DNA of 64,000 nucleotides from Pristiophorus japonicus (lineage: Eukaryota): assembly GCF_044704955.1 (NCBI RefSeq), contig NC_091987.1:69006001-69070000 (forward strand), given 5' to 3'. A program made the position numbers and the translations under genes. Below, one piece after another: positions 23,041-34,664 of this stretch. The notes under the pieces were generated by a model, which was given only the letters and a program-made list of their open reading frames with translations, was not told the origin of the DNA and did not search any database. Numbering within the stretch: position 1 is the first letter of the stretch; each line of letters opens with the position of its first letter.

Positions 23041-25116
23041 TTAGATTTCAGCTTCAGTTACGGGTGCTCGTTTAACGTGTGAAGCGTGGATCCAGGCTTT
23101 CTTTCCTTGGACTTTAACAGCTGCCCGGGTGGTCAATAACACTTGATAAGGTCCCTCCCACTTGGCACCCAAAGGTTCTTTATGCAACTTTTTCACATAC
23201 AACCAGACTCCCAGGATGATGTCGTGTCCTCCTTTGGGTGGATTACCCCAAGCTGCCGATACCTGTTGGGAAACAGAACTAATAGCATTGGTTAAGTTCT
23301 GACAGTATGATAACAAAGTGTCACTCATTAAGTGAACATCAGCTTTCCGTAAATCGATAGTTCCTGGCAGCGATATGGGTCTTCCTGTTATAATTTCAAA
23401 TGGACTTAGACCTGTAGCTCTGTTCGGGGTTGCCCTAATACTACATAGCACTATTGGTAATGCCTGGGGCCATGGTGTTCCTTTTTGGTGATATTTGGCA
23501 AGCTGTTGTTTCAGAGTTCGATTCATTCGCTCTACTTGTCCTGATGATTGTGGATGATAAGGACAATGTAAATCCCACGTAATGTTCAGTAATCTACAGA
23601 CTTCTTGGCAGACAGCACCTGTGAAGTGTGTTCCCTGATCTGAGTCAATGCTACTCGGGACTCCCCATCGGGGAATGTAATCCTTACAGAAGACCTTTGC
23701 AGTGTGATTGGCTGTGTGTCCTTCTGCTATTCGACATGCTTCTGACAGGGCCCGTAACTCGGCCTGCTGTGCTGACGTTCCGGAGGGTAAACATCCTTTT
23801 GCCACTATGTCATATAAGGTTGTAACTGCCCATCCTGCTTTTCTGGTACCATTGTCAACAAAGGAGGAACCATCTGTAAACAAGATGAGGTCTGGGTTGT
23901 GCAGAGACTCCTCTGCTGCTAAGGCTGCTTTTTCTGTTTCTTTTAAAATCTCCACGCAGTCATGCTCTTCACATTCTCCCCCCTCTTGCTCCCTCGATTC
24001 TGACATCGGGAGCATAGTTGCGGTATTAATCGGGCTGGCCCGGACAATATGGAGATTAGGAGCTTCCAAAACTGCTGTCCAGCGGGTCCATCTAGCTGCC
24101 GTCACCTGAGACATTCTATTCATAGACAGCAAAACATGTACAGTGTGGGGACACTTGACAATCAGCTTTTGTTCGAGGACTAGACCCGCAGTGATCATTA
24201 CCGCTCGACATGTAGCTTCCATAGCCCTTAGGCAACTTCCCCATCCGAGGGCTACCGCATCCAGTTTTGCCGAATAATAGCTAATAGGTCTTTGCCGATC
24301 CCCATGTTCTTGTGTCAGTATAGCAGTCATATATCCTTCTTTCTCATGGACAAACAGGGTAAATGGCTTACCACTGTCGGGGATTCCCAGAGCCGGTGCC
24401 GAACACAAAGCCTTTTTCAAACTCAGGAAGGCCTCTTGCTGTTCCTTAGTGAGGGTGATGGCTTCTTTAGAGGCACGTTTCCCCTTTAAGATATCATTCA
24501 ATGGCTGAGCAAGCTGTGTGAAGGAGTCAATCCAATTTCTGTTAAAGTTACACAATCCCAAAAAAGACCTTAGTTCCTGAATAGTGGTGGGTTTTTTAGC
24601 AGCCCGAATGGCTGCAGTTCTATCCTGGGTAAGTTCTCTCTTTCCTTGTGAAATCTTTTGTCCCAGGTATACAACCTCTTCTTGGGATATTTGTGCTTTG
24701 TCGATGCTGGCTTTATGTCCTTTCAGCCGAAGGTGGTCCAGCAAAGCTCGTAAATCTTGTTCATGCTGGTCTTCCGTGTTTGAAGCTAGCAGGATATCGT
24801 CTACATTTTGGATGACTGTGGATGACAGGGGAGATAATTCTCGCAAATGACTTTGTAAAGCCATGTGGAATACCGTAGGGCTGTTGTGGAAACCCTGTGG
24901 TAACCGGGTCCAAGTATACTGTTGTCCTTCGACCGTGAAAGCAAACCACTGTCGAACCTTCGGTGCCAGAGGCACCGACCAAAATCCGTTGGCCATATCT
25001 ATAACCGAGAAATATTTATGTTCCGGTTTGAGGGCATTAAAAATGGTGGAGGGATCTGCGACCAAAGGAGCTTTTTGATCAATACACTGGTTAGCTTTCC
25101 TATAATCGACAGTCAA
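23041..25116 (-). pseudogene. pol: ERV pol (RT, RNase H fused to integrase core; internally deleted)
   Basis: IDMANGFWSVP, LPQGFHNSP, NVDD in place of YVDD, FTDGSS...SAQQAEL, integrase DSDQGTHF...SSGQVERMN and a GPY motif. Confidence 0.92.
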
Positions 25117-25750
25117 ACGCCAAGTCTCATTAGATTTCTGTACTGGCTACACGGGGCTATTGGAGGAGCTATGCGTTTTAATAAGCAGCCCTGTTTCTCC
25201 AATTGCTGAATAACCGGTAAGATTCCCGCAATGGCAGTTGGACTGATGGGATACTGTTTAGTGCATGGAGGCTTGGTCCCGGTAAATGACGCAGGCTCCA
25301 TCTGGAGTAGGCCACAATCGTTCTTATTTTTAGCCCATATCAGTTGTTCCTTCAATTCTTCTTTCTTCAAAGTTCTAATTGACCATGTCACCCGACCATC
25401 CTCGAAATGCAACGATGAATCTACTTGGATTAAAACGTCCATTCTCAAAAGGGGTTGATCTACTGGGCCTATCCAGACTGGCGTGGTTAGTTCATGTGGA
25501 CCCAGCCCTATAAGTACCGGTGTTGTCCTTTTAATTTCCATTTTATGGCCCCCAACTCCATAGGCTGTATGTGCCCTACCATCCAACACAAAAAGTCTCC
25601 ATACTGTAGGGGTAAGCATGTTAATTCCGCCCCTGTGTCTAAAAGACAGTCCACATCCTTATCGCCCACCCTCACAGTTATATATAGCCCATCTCCCCTT
25701 TGTTGTATTAGTGCGAGGAGGTGGACCAGGGTGGGCTCTAATCGTTTTTT
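25113..25750 (-). pseudogene. pro: ERV protease and RT N-terminus (frameshifted)
   Basis: The -1 frame relative to gag reads ...VDCLLDTGAELTCLP, then shifts frame near 25590 into GVGG...QPLLRMDVL...KQYPI. Confidence 0.85.
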
Positions 25751-27302
25751 GCTATCCCAAGTAACTCCTTCTGTTGTTGTATTGTCAGTTGCTTAAATGC
25801 TTCTATGAGGTCGTTATTTTGTGACCAGTCTGGTTTGTTGGCTGAATTGTATCCCTGGCTGCGTCCTCTTCTCCGGCCACGACCTTGCTGTTTTGTCCTG
25901 CACGTCTTGGCCCAGTGACCTTCTTTCCCACAATAATGACATTTTCCGGCTAATTTTCCTAATAACTGTTTATCGGAATCCTGGGATTTCCATCCCATAG
26001 CCTGTACAGCTCGGACTTTAGCTCCCATATCCCGATCTAATTGGTTACATCGATCCACCAATGCTGCAAAGGTAGTTCCTCTACCTTCCCAGTCCGGTAA
26101 CACTACCTTAAGCATTTTGGACAGTTCTGGCTTTAGACCTGCCACGAAAGCTGCTTTCGGGGGTCCAAACACTTGTTCATCCATTTCCTCATCCGTATTA
26201 TTCATACCCGAATGTTCTAGCCACGTGCATCTAAACCGCTCGTCATACTCCAGGACCTCCTCTGTTCCTTTCTGTTGGCAGGCTGCAATTTTTCCCCAGT
26301 CTGTCTTAGCTGGACTGAAGGCTTGCAGCCAGTGTTTAATCGCCTCCCATCCTGCTTCTAATTCTTGCTCATCCTGCCCCAAAGTTTCTTCTACCTTGTC
26401 GTGCAATTTTCTTCCCTGTGTTTTTGGCACCATTATGGTCAAAATTTGCACTCCGTCCCAGGGATGAAGTTGATATATATTTCTTAAGCGGTCCAATTGG
26501 TCCCACGTTTTCACTCCCCCTTTCTTTGGATTGGGCAATTCCTTGGACCATTTATCAATTTTCTCTGGGTCTGCCGGATCATGAACTAAGTATTTTGCAT
26601 ACAGCCTTTTCTTCGTTTTTTTGGTTCCGCCTTCATCTGCAGTTTCTTCTGATTTGACTACAACACATCTTTTTTTTTAAACGGGGCAAAGCGCACCCCT
26701 AATTCTTCATCCTCCGATCCTGTATCGTCGGAGGATTCAGAATCCGTATCTATTCCTCGGTCGTGTCTTCGTGTTTGCGCTTTTAATTTATCCAAACATG
26801 GGTACCCTGGGAATTGACCGATACATTTTCCTTTTCCTATTACTGTCTCTGGACCAAATGATTTTTTCCATTCTTTAATTTCACCTTTAAGATCTTTAAC
26901 TTCCGCTTCCGACTTTTCAAGGTCAAGTTTTTTCTGTCGGAGCTGTTCACAAACAGCTTGCAATTGGTCCTTTTTACTGGTCAGTTCTCGATCATGTTGG
27001 GAACGCATTATAATTTCATTCCGCTTTCGAATCTGTCCCATAACCGCTAGGGACCATCTGATTCGCTCTTTATTTTTCATACGGGTTGTTTTTCCCCAGA
27101 CCCTTTTAATCTCGTCCAAGGACCATTGTCCTTTGGAGGTACCGTATTTTTGTTCGATCTTAATACAGGTTTTAGATAAATTGAATTGTTGCTCTATGTA
27201 TTCTTTCAACTGTTCGAGAATTTCATCTAGCGAAACCTCAGGTGGTGCCAGCCCATCTTTAACAGTTGTAGGCAATTCTTTGCTCTTATCTCCTGCTGCC
27301 AT
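25738..27302 (-). pseudogene. gag: ERV gag (split into two ORFs)
   Basis: Coiled-coil-rich N-terminal part (26658-27302). The capsid/NC part has a single CCHC knuckle CHYCGKEGHWAKTC and an RG-rich tail. Confidence 0.85.
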
Positions 27303-28159
27303 AATACTGATTTCTTTACTGGGGTCTCGAGTCGTAAGCTTTCTAGCCGATCAATAGGTCGGTGATTAATTAACTAACACACCGCCAAAGTTTGATGTCT
27401 ATGGGACCTAGAGCCGACTACCAACCGGAGGGTTCACAAACCGGAGGCTTTCGGAATCGCGTAGGAGGAGAGGCGAATTTAGACTTTTGACCGAAGACTT
27501 TTATAATGAGGAGTCCTTACCTCAGTACCCACATTCCCGTGACCAGCAATTTTTGGCATGGTTTTTGTGTCTTCCACTGTGAAGACCGAAGCAAAATAAT
27601 TGTTTAAGGTCTCAGCCATTTCCACATTTCCCATTATTAAATCCCCCTTCTCATCTTCTAAGGGACCAACATTTACTTTAGTCACTCTTTTCCGTTTTAT
27701 ATATCGGTAAAAGCTTTTACTATCTGTTTTTATGTTTTGCGCAAGTTTACTTTCGTTATCCACTTTTGTAGGAAAAATAGAAAAGCAGAGTATTTTTTAA
27801 TGGTGTGGGGCTGGGAAATGTTGGTGTTCAGAGGGACTTGGATGTCCTTGTACACGAATCACTGAAAGTTAATATGCAGGTACAGCAAGCAGTTAGAAAA
27901 TCAAATGGCATTTATTGCAAGAGGATTTGAGTATATGAGTAAAGACATCCTAATTAAATTATATAGGGCTCTGGTGAGATCACACTTGGAGTATTGTGTA
28001 CAATTTTCATCTCCTTACTTAAGAAAGGTTATACTCGCCATAGAGGGAGTGCAATGACGATTCACCAGACTGATTCCTGAGATGGGAGGATTGTCCTATG
28101 AGGAGAAATCGAGTAGACAAAACCTATATTCTCTAGAGTTTAGAAGAATGAAAGTCGAT

Positions 28160-28938
28160 GGCCCAGAAATCCTGGTTGACTGCTTTCCGCGGGCAATCGA
28201 GGGAAAAAGTTAAAAAAGATGCGCACCTACTTGTTCCTGCTGCGCTCACACGAGTTCCCGGTCCTGAGGCCTCCACTGACTGCGTGTCGTAGCGCATGTG
28301 CGTCTGGACATCCGCAGGGCTGGAGCTGCAGTCACATGGCTCTGGGCAGCCAATCCAGGTAAAGTATGTTCTCATTCATAATAATGGGAATACCGTAAGT
28401 TGAAGTTCCCATTATTGTGAATGAGAACCTCGCCCCCACCCCCAACACACACAACTCTAATTAAAAAAATAGAAAAAATATACCACATTTTTATTAATTT
28501 AAATTAGTTATTTATGTATTATAAAAAATATATATTTTTCCAATTAAAAAAAAAAGGTTTTTCAGTTATGATTTAAAATAAACTTACCGCCATGGGGAGG
28601 GTTTTTTAACAATAACATTTGTTTTTTAAATTTTATTTTATAATGTTTTTGTGTATTTTAAAACTCTTACAGTTGTAAAAGTAGGCTATGTGCCTGCTCT
28701 TATCAAGCGCAAGAGTTTTCAGTACATCCGCTGGGCAAGATATGGGTAAATACCACAATCATGCTCATGCGAATGTCCTGGATGTGGAGATGCAGAGGAT
28801 CTGTCAAACTTCAGCTTGACTGATCGGAAAAGCCGGTTTTCAGCGCATACTCATTGTGCGCTGAAATCCGGCTTTTGCGATGCCTTCCAGAGTCCGTATA
28901 CACTCCGTACCAACCCGGGAGGCAGGAATTTATGGGCC
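28160..28938. mobile_element. MITE / non-autonomous DNA transposon (Harbinger-like TIRs)
   Basis: Imperfect TIR ggcccagaaatcctg ... caggaatttatgggcc. It interrupts CR1 coding sequence. Confidence 0.7.
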
Positions 28939-29716
28939 CATATCATTGGAACATACAGGGCTTGACAAGGTAGATGCAGGGAGGATTTTTCCCCTGGCTG
29001 GGGAGTCTGGAACCAGGGGGTCACAGTTTCAGAATAAGGGGTCAGCCATTTAGGACTGAGATGAGAAGAAATTTCTTCACACAGAGGGTTGGAATTCTCA
29101 ACCAGCAAAAATGGCTGTGGAGGCTCAATTATTGAGTATATTCAAGACAGAAATCGATAGATTTTTTGATATTAAGGGAATCAAGGGATATGGGATAATG
29201 CAGGAAAGTGGAGTTGAGGTTGAAGATCAGCCATGATCTTATTGAGTGGTGGAGCATGCTGAAGGGACAAATGGCCTACTCCTGCTCCTATTTCTTATGT
29301 TCTTATATCACAATTTAAGTGTTGAATTATAATTTTCTGAAACATCTATTGGCTCAGTGATCTTGCATTTTGTAGCATTGGTTTCAAATGTACTATTTCT
29401 TCTCTAAACTGCTATTTCTTCCATCTGCCATTGAAACCCTCACCATGTCGCTTTTTACCTCTAGACTTGACTATTGCAATGCTCTCCTGGCTGGTCTCCC
29501 ATATTCTACCCTACGTAAACTTGAGGTCATCCAAATCTCGACTGCCCGTGTCTTAACTCGCCCATGTCCCATTCACACATCACACCTGTGCTTGCTCACC
29601 TGCATTGGCAAGACCTCAATTTTAAAATTCTCATCCTGATTTTCAAATCCCTCCAAGGCCTTGCCCTCCGTATCTCTGTAACTTTCTCCAGGTCTATAAC
29701 CCTCCGGGCTCTCTGT

Positions 29717-31706
29717 GCTCCGTTTCGGCTGTCCCCAAAAGTTTGTCCTAATGCTCCGGCTGCTCATAGAAACATAGAAAATGGGTGCTGGAGTAGGCCA
29801 TTCGGCCTTTCGAGCCTGCACCACCATTCAATAAGATCATGGCTGATCATTCCCTCAGTACCCTTTTCCTGCTTTCTCTCCATACCCCATGCTCCACGAC
29901 AACATGCAAGCCGTGATTCTGACCAACGGATCCACCACAGACCCAATCCACATCCGGACCGGGATCAAACAGGGCTGCGTCATCGCGCCAACCCTCTTCT
30001 CGATATTCCTCACTGCAATGCTCCCCCTCATACTCAACAAGCTCCCTGTTGGAGTGGAACTAAACTACAGAACCAGTGGGAACCTGTTCAAACTTTTTCA
30101 TCTCCAGGCCAGATCCAAGACCATCCCATCCTCTGTCGTCGAGCTACAGTACACGGACGACACTTGCGTCTGCGGACATTCAGAGACTGAACTCCAAGTC
30201 ATAGTCAACATCTTCACTGAGGCATACGAAGGCATAGGCCTTACACTAAACATCTATAAGACAAAGGTCCTCCACTAACCTGACCCCACCACACAGCACT
30301 GCCCCCCAGGCATCAAGATTCACGGCGCGGCCCTGGAAAACGTGGACCACTTTCCATACCTCGGGAGCCTATTAGCAGCTAGGGCAGACATCGACTATGA
30401 GGTTCAACACTGCCTTCAGTATGCCAACGCAGTCTTCGGCTGCCTGAGGAAGAGCGTTTTCGAAGATCAGGTCCACAAATCTGGCACCAAGCTCATGGTC
30501 TACAGGGCTGCCGTGATACCCGCCCTCCTGTATGGCTTAGAGTTGTGGACCATATACAGTAGACACCTCAAATCGCTAGAGAAATACCACCAATGATGTC
30601 TCCAAGATCCTGCAAGTCCCCTGGGAGGACAGACACACCAACATCAGTGTTCTCGATTAGGTCAACTTCCCCAACGTCGAAGCACTGACCACACTTGACC
30701 AGTTCTGTTGGTAGGACCACATTGTCCGCATGCCCGACACAAGACTCCCAAAGCAAGCGCTCTATTCTGAACTCCTACGCAGCAAGCGATCTCCAGGTGG
30801 GCAGAGGAAATGTTTCAAGGACATCCTCAAAGCCTCCTTGATAAAGTGCAACATCCCCACCGACACCTGGGAGTCTCTGGCCAAAGACCGCCCTCCGCCA
30901 AAGTGGAGGAAATGCATCTGGGAGGCCGCTGAGCTCCTCAAGTCTCATCGCCAAATGCATGCAGAAAACGAGCGCAGGCAGCGGAAGGAGCGTGCGGCAA
31001 ACCAGACTCCCCACCCACCCTTTCCTTCAACGATTGTCTGTCCCATCTGTGACAGAAACTGTAATTCCTGCATTGGACTGTACTGTCACCTAAGCAAGTC
31101 TTCCTCAATTTCAAGGGACTGCCTATGGTGATGACTAAGACTGGAGTGGACAAGCCCTAACTTTCCATGGAGATTTTAGTCCATATCTACCATACAAATA
31201 CAGGAGCTTTATGCCATTCAATATATTTGAATAGGGAGTCAGATGCTGGGATGTCGTTTACAATGAATTATTACATTTATTAGAACATTGTGTTTATTAG
31301 GTTGTATTTGGCTCCTACAATGAATACACTCATTTTCTACTATTAACTGCACATTTCTCTGGAAATTATGAGCTTTGGTTAGAGATGTACCGACACCACC
31401 GGCATGTAAAGTCTGTACCAAAAAAAAATTAAAAGGACAGGAAGTACAGAAATAAATAGCAGTGATGACTGTGGATTGTAATTGTATTCTTTTTCTTGTG
31501 CTACATTTAAGAGCTCAGTCTGAACACAAGCTGATCAGCTGTGTGGTTAACATGTTGACCTAACCACTTAAACGCCTGTCGGTATTGAACATAGTTAGCA
31601 GAGCTAAAAGGCTTTTTAGCAAAGGGCATTAGTAGCAATCAGAAAATTGTGAACTTTCAGGGTAGGCTGGTGACTAAGGCATGCAACCAAATTGATGATG
31701 ATGATG
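29717..31706 (+). mobile_element. RTE insertion carrying ~560 bp of extra non-RTE 3' sequence before its (tga)n tail
   Basis: RTE body 29717-31133, duplicated segment 31134-31696, (tga)n 31694-31706. The host L2 resumes immediately after it. Confidence 0.85.
29766..29889 (-). mobile_element. Short CR1 3' end inserted into the RTE
   Basis: CR1 3' UTR and tail. TSD TGCTC at 29761-29765 and 29890-29894. Confidence 0.8.
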
Positions 31707-34058
31707 GCTTCTTCAATTTCGGTCTCTGGGACATCCTACACTTTTTTGCTCCACCATTGGTGGCCATGCCTTCAGCTGCCTAGGCCCTAAGCTCTGGAAT
31801 TTCCTCCCTAAATCTCTCTGCCTCTCTACCTCGCTTTTTGTTTTAAGACACTCCTTAAAATCTACTTCTTTGACCAAGCTATTGGTCACCTTTCCTAATA
31901 TTTACTTATATTGCTCAATGTCAAATTTTGCTTGATAATTGCCTCCTGTGAAATGCCTTAATTTTACTTTGTTAAAGGCGCTATATAAATGCAAGTTGTT
32001 ATTTTTGTAAACTGTAAACAAAGGCTAAGATACAAATGGAAGGAAAGCGTCAAACAAGAGTTCAAATTGCCTTCTGGGTTTATTAAAAAGAAGGAAGAGG
32101 TACTTAATTTTCTTGAAATAAGTTTAGAATATGTCATGTTTTTTGAGTTTTTACACTTGTTGGGGATGAAATTGGACCCCATTGCACCAGTTTCCCAGGT
32201 GGAAAACGGGTGCAAAGAGGTCCAATTTAAGGCGCCAATCTCCCATGCCAAACAGGTTAGGAAACACGTCCAGTGCCATGTTGGTTTCGTGGACCAAGTT
32301 AACAAAGGATGAGATGAACCATTGCCCACAAACAACAATGAGATAATGAGGTGGGGTAGCACTGTTAATAAAGGATGGCATCAGTGCTTTAATGAGAAAT
32401 TATATTGGTTCAGAGGATCAAGATGTTGAATCAGTTTGGGTGGAGATAGGGAATAATAAAGGGAAAAAATCAATGGTGGGCATAGTCTATAGGCCCCCTA
32501 ACAGTAGCTATACTGTTGGACGGAGTATAAATCAATAAATAATGAATCGACAATAATCATGGGTAATTTTAACCTTCATATTGATTGGACAAGCAAATAG
32601 GCCAGAGTAGCCTTGAGGAGGAGTGCAGAGTGTATCCGGGATAGTTTCCTTGAACAGTATGTTGCAGAACCAACCAGGGAGCAGGCTAAATTAGATGTGG
32701 TACTGTGTAAGGAGCCAGGGTTAATAAATGATCTCGTAGTAAAAGGTCCTCTAGGAATGAGTGACCATAAAATGGTTGAAATTCAAATTCAGTTGGAGGG
32801 TGAGAAAGTTGGTTCTCAAACCAGGGTCCTAAGCTTAAATAAAGGAGACTGCAAAGGTATGAGGGCAGAGTTGGCTAAAGTGGACTGGGAAAATAGATTA
32901 AAGTACGGGACAGTTGATGAGCAGTGGCAGATATTTAAGGAGATATTTCATAACTCGCAACAAAAATATATCCCAATGAGAAGAAAAGAATGTAAGAGAA
33001 GGGATTATCATCCGTAACTAACTAAGGAAATAAGGGAGGGTATCAATGTGGCCAAGACTAGTGGGAGGCCAGAGGATTGAGAAATTTTTTAAAGCCAGCA
33101 GAGAACAACAAAAAAATGATTGAGAGGGAAGATAGATTATGAAAGTAAATTAGCACGAAACATAAAAACAGATAGTAAGAGTTTCTATCGGAACATAAAA
33201 AGGAAGAGTGGCTAAAGCAAATGTTAGTCCCCTGGAGGATGAGACTGGGGAATTAATAATGGATAACAGGAAAATGGCAGAGACGTTAAACAAATATTTT
33301 TGTATTGGTTTTCAAGGTAGAAGACACTAAAAACATCCCAATAGTGGATAATCAAGAGGCTATAGAGGTAGGTACAATCACTATCACTAATGAAGTAGTA
33401 CTTGGTAAAATAATGGGACTAAAGGCGGACTAGTCCCCTGGACCTAATGGCTTACATCCTAGGGTCTTAAAAGAAGTGGCTGCAGAGATAGTGGATGCAT
33501 TGGTTGTAATCTACCAAAATTCCCTGGATTCTGGGGCGGTCCCAGCGGATTGGAAAACCGCAAATGTAACGCCCCTTTTTAAAAAAGGAGGCAGACAAAA
33601 AGCATGAAACTATAGGCCAGTTAGCCTAACATCTGTTGTTGGGAAAATGCTGGAGTCCATTATTAAGGAAGTAGTAGCGGGACATTTGGAAAAGCATGAT
33701 TCAATCAAGCAGAGTCAGCATGGTTCAATGAAAGGGAAATCATGTTTGACAAATTTGCTGGAGTTCTTTGAGGATGTAACGAGCAGGGTGGATAAAGGGG
33801 AACCAGTGGATGTGGTGCATTTGGATTTCCAGAAGGCATTCGATAAGGTGCCATATAAGAGGTTACTGCATAAGATAAAAACTCATGGGGTTGGGGGTAA
33901 TATATTAGCATGGATAGAGGATTGGCTAACTAACAGAAAACAGATAGTCGGGATAAATGGGTAATTTTCCAGTTGGCAAACAGTGACTGGTGGGGTGCCT
34001 CAGGGATCGGTGCTGGGTCCTCAACTATTTACAATCTATGTTAATGAATTGGATGAGG

Positions 34059-34664
34059 TTCATGGTCTGCAGGGCTGTAGTAATATCCACCCTCCTGCAT
34101 GGCTCAGAGACATGGACCATGTACAGCAGACACCTCAAGTCGCTGGAGAAATACCACCGACGATGTCTCCGCAAGATCCTACAAATCCCCTAGGGAGGAC
34201 AGATGCACCAATATTGGCATCCTTGACCAGGCCAACATCCCCAGCATAGAAGCACTGACCAGACTTGTTCAGCTCCGCTGGGCAGGCCACATCGTTCGCA
34301 TGCCAGACACGAGGCTCCCAAAGCAAGCGCTCTACTTGGAACTCCTCAACAGCAAAGGTGGGCAGAGGAAACATTACAAGGACACCCTCCCTGATAAAGT
34401 GCAACATCCCCACCGACACCTGGGAGTCCCTGGCCAAAGACCGCCCTAAGTGGAGGAAGTGCATCCGGGAGAGCGCTGAGCATCTCGAGTCTCATCGCCG
34501 AGAGAATGCAGAAATCAAGCGCAGGCAGCGGAAAGAGCGTGCAGCAAACTAGTCCCACCCACAGGGACTGTGGTTCTCATATTGGACTGTTCAGCCACCT
34601 AAGTACTCATTTTTAGATTGGAAGCAAGTCTTCCTCGATTCCGAGGGACTGCCTATGATGATGA
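34059..34664 (+). mobile_element. RTE 3' fragment; its (tga)n tail continues at 38110-38117
   Basis: RTE C-terminal coding sequence and gcctatgatgatga. About 70 bp of host sequence is duplicated at 33990-34058 and 38118-38189. Confidence 0.85.

Larger units (their letters stand above)
21038..27525 (-). mobile_element. Endogenous retrovirus provirus lacking the 5' LTR and PBS
   Basis: leader-gag-pro-pol-env-PPT-LTR order on the minus strand. Confidence 0.93.
20033..27754 (-). mobile_element. Inner CR1 (20033-21037 and ~27526-27754), host of the ERV
   Basis: CR1 ORF2 in the C-terminal part of ORF 20168-21157 (KFADDTK) and in 27479-27763 (KTDSKSFYRYIKRKR). Confidence 0.88.
19745..29306 (+). 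mobile_element. Outer CR1 (19745-20032, 27755-28159, 28940-29306) hosting a CR1/ERV complex and a MITE
   Basis: tgtgaagtta | tccacttttgtaggaaaaatag is contiguous across the insert. TSD GTTA at 20029-20032 and 27755-27758. ttcttatg tail at ~29292-29306. Confidence 0.85.
29400..32005 (+). mobile_element. L2 LINE 3' part (29400-29720 and 31707-32005), split by an RTE insertion
   Basis: SRLDYCNALLAGLP...HITPVLAHLHW, and the L2 3' end ctaagctctggaat...ggcgctatataaatgcaagttgtt. Confidence 0.85.
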
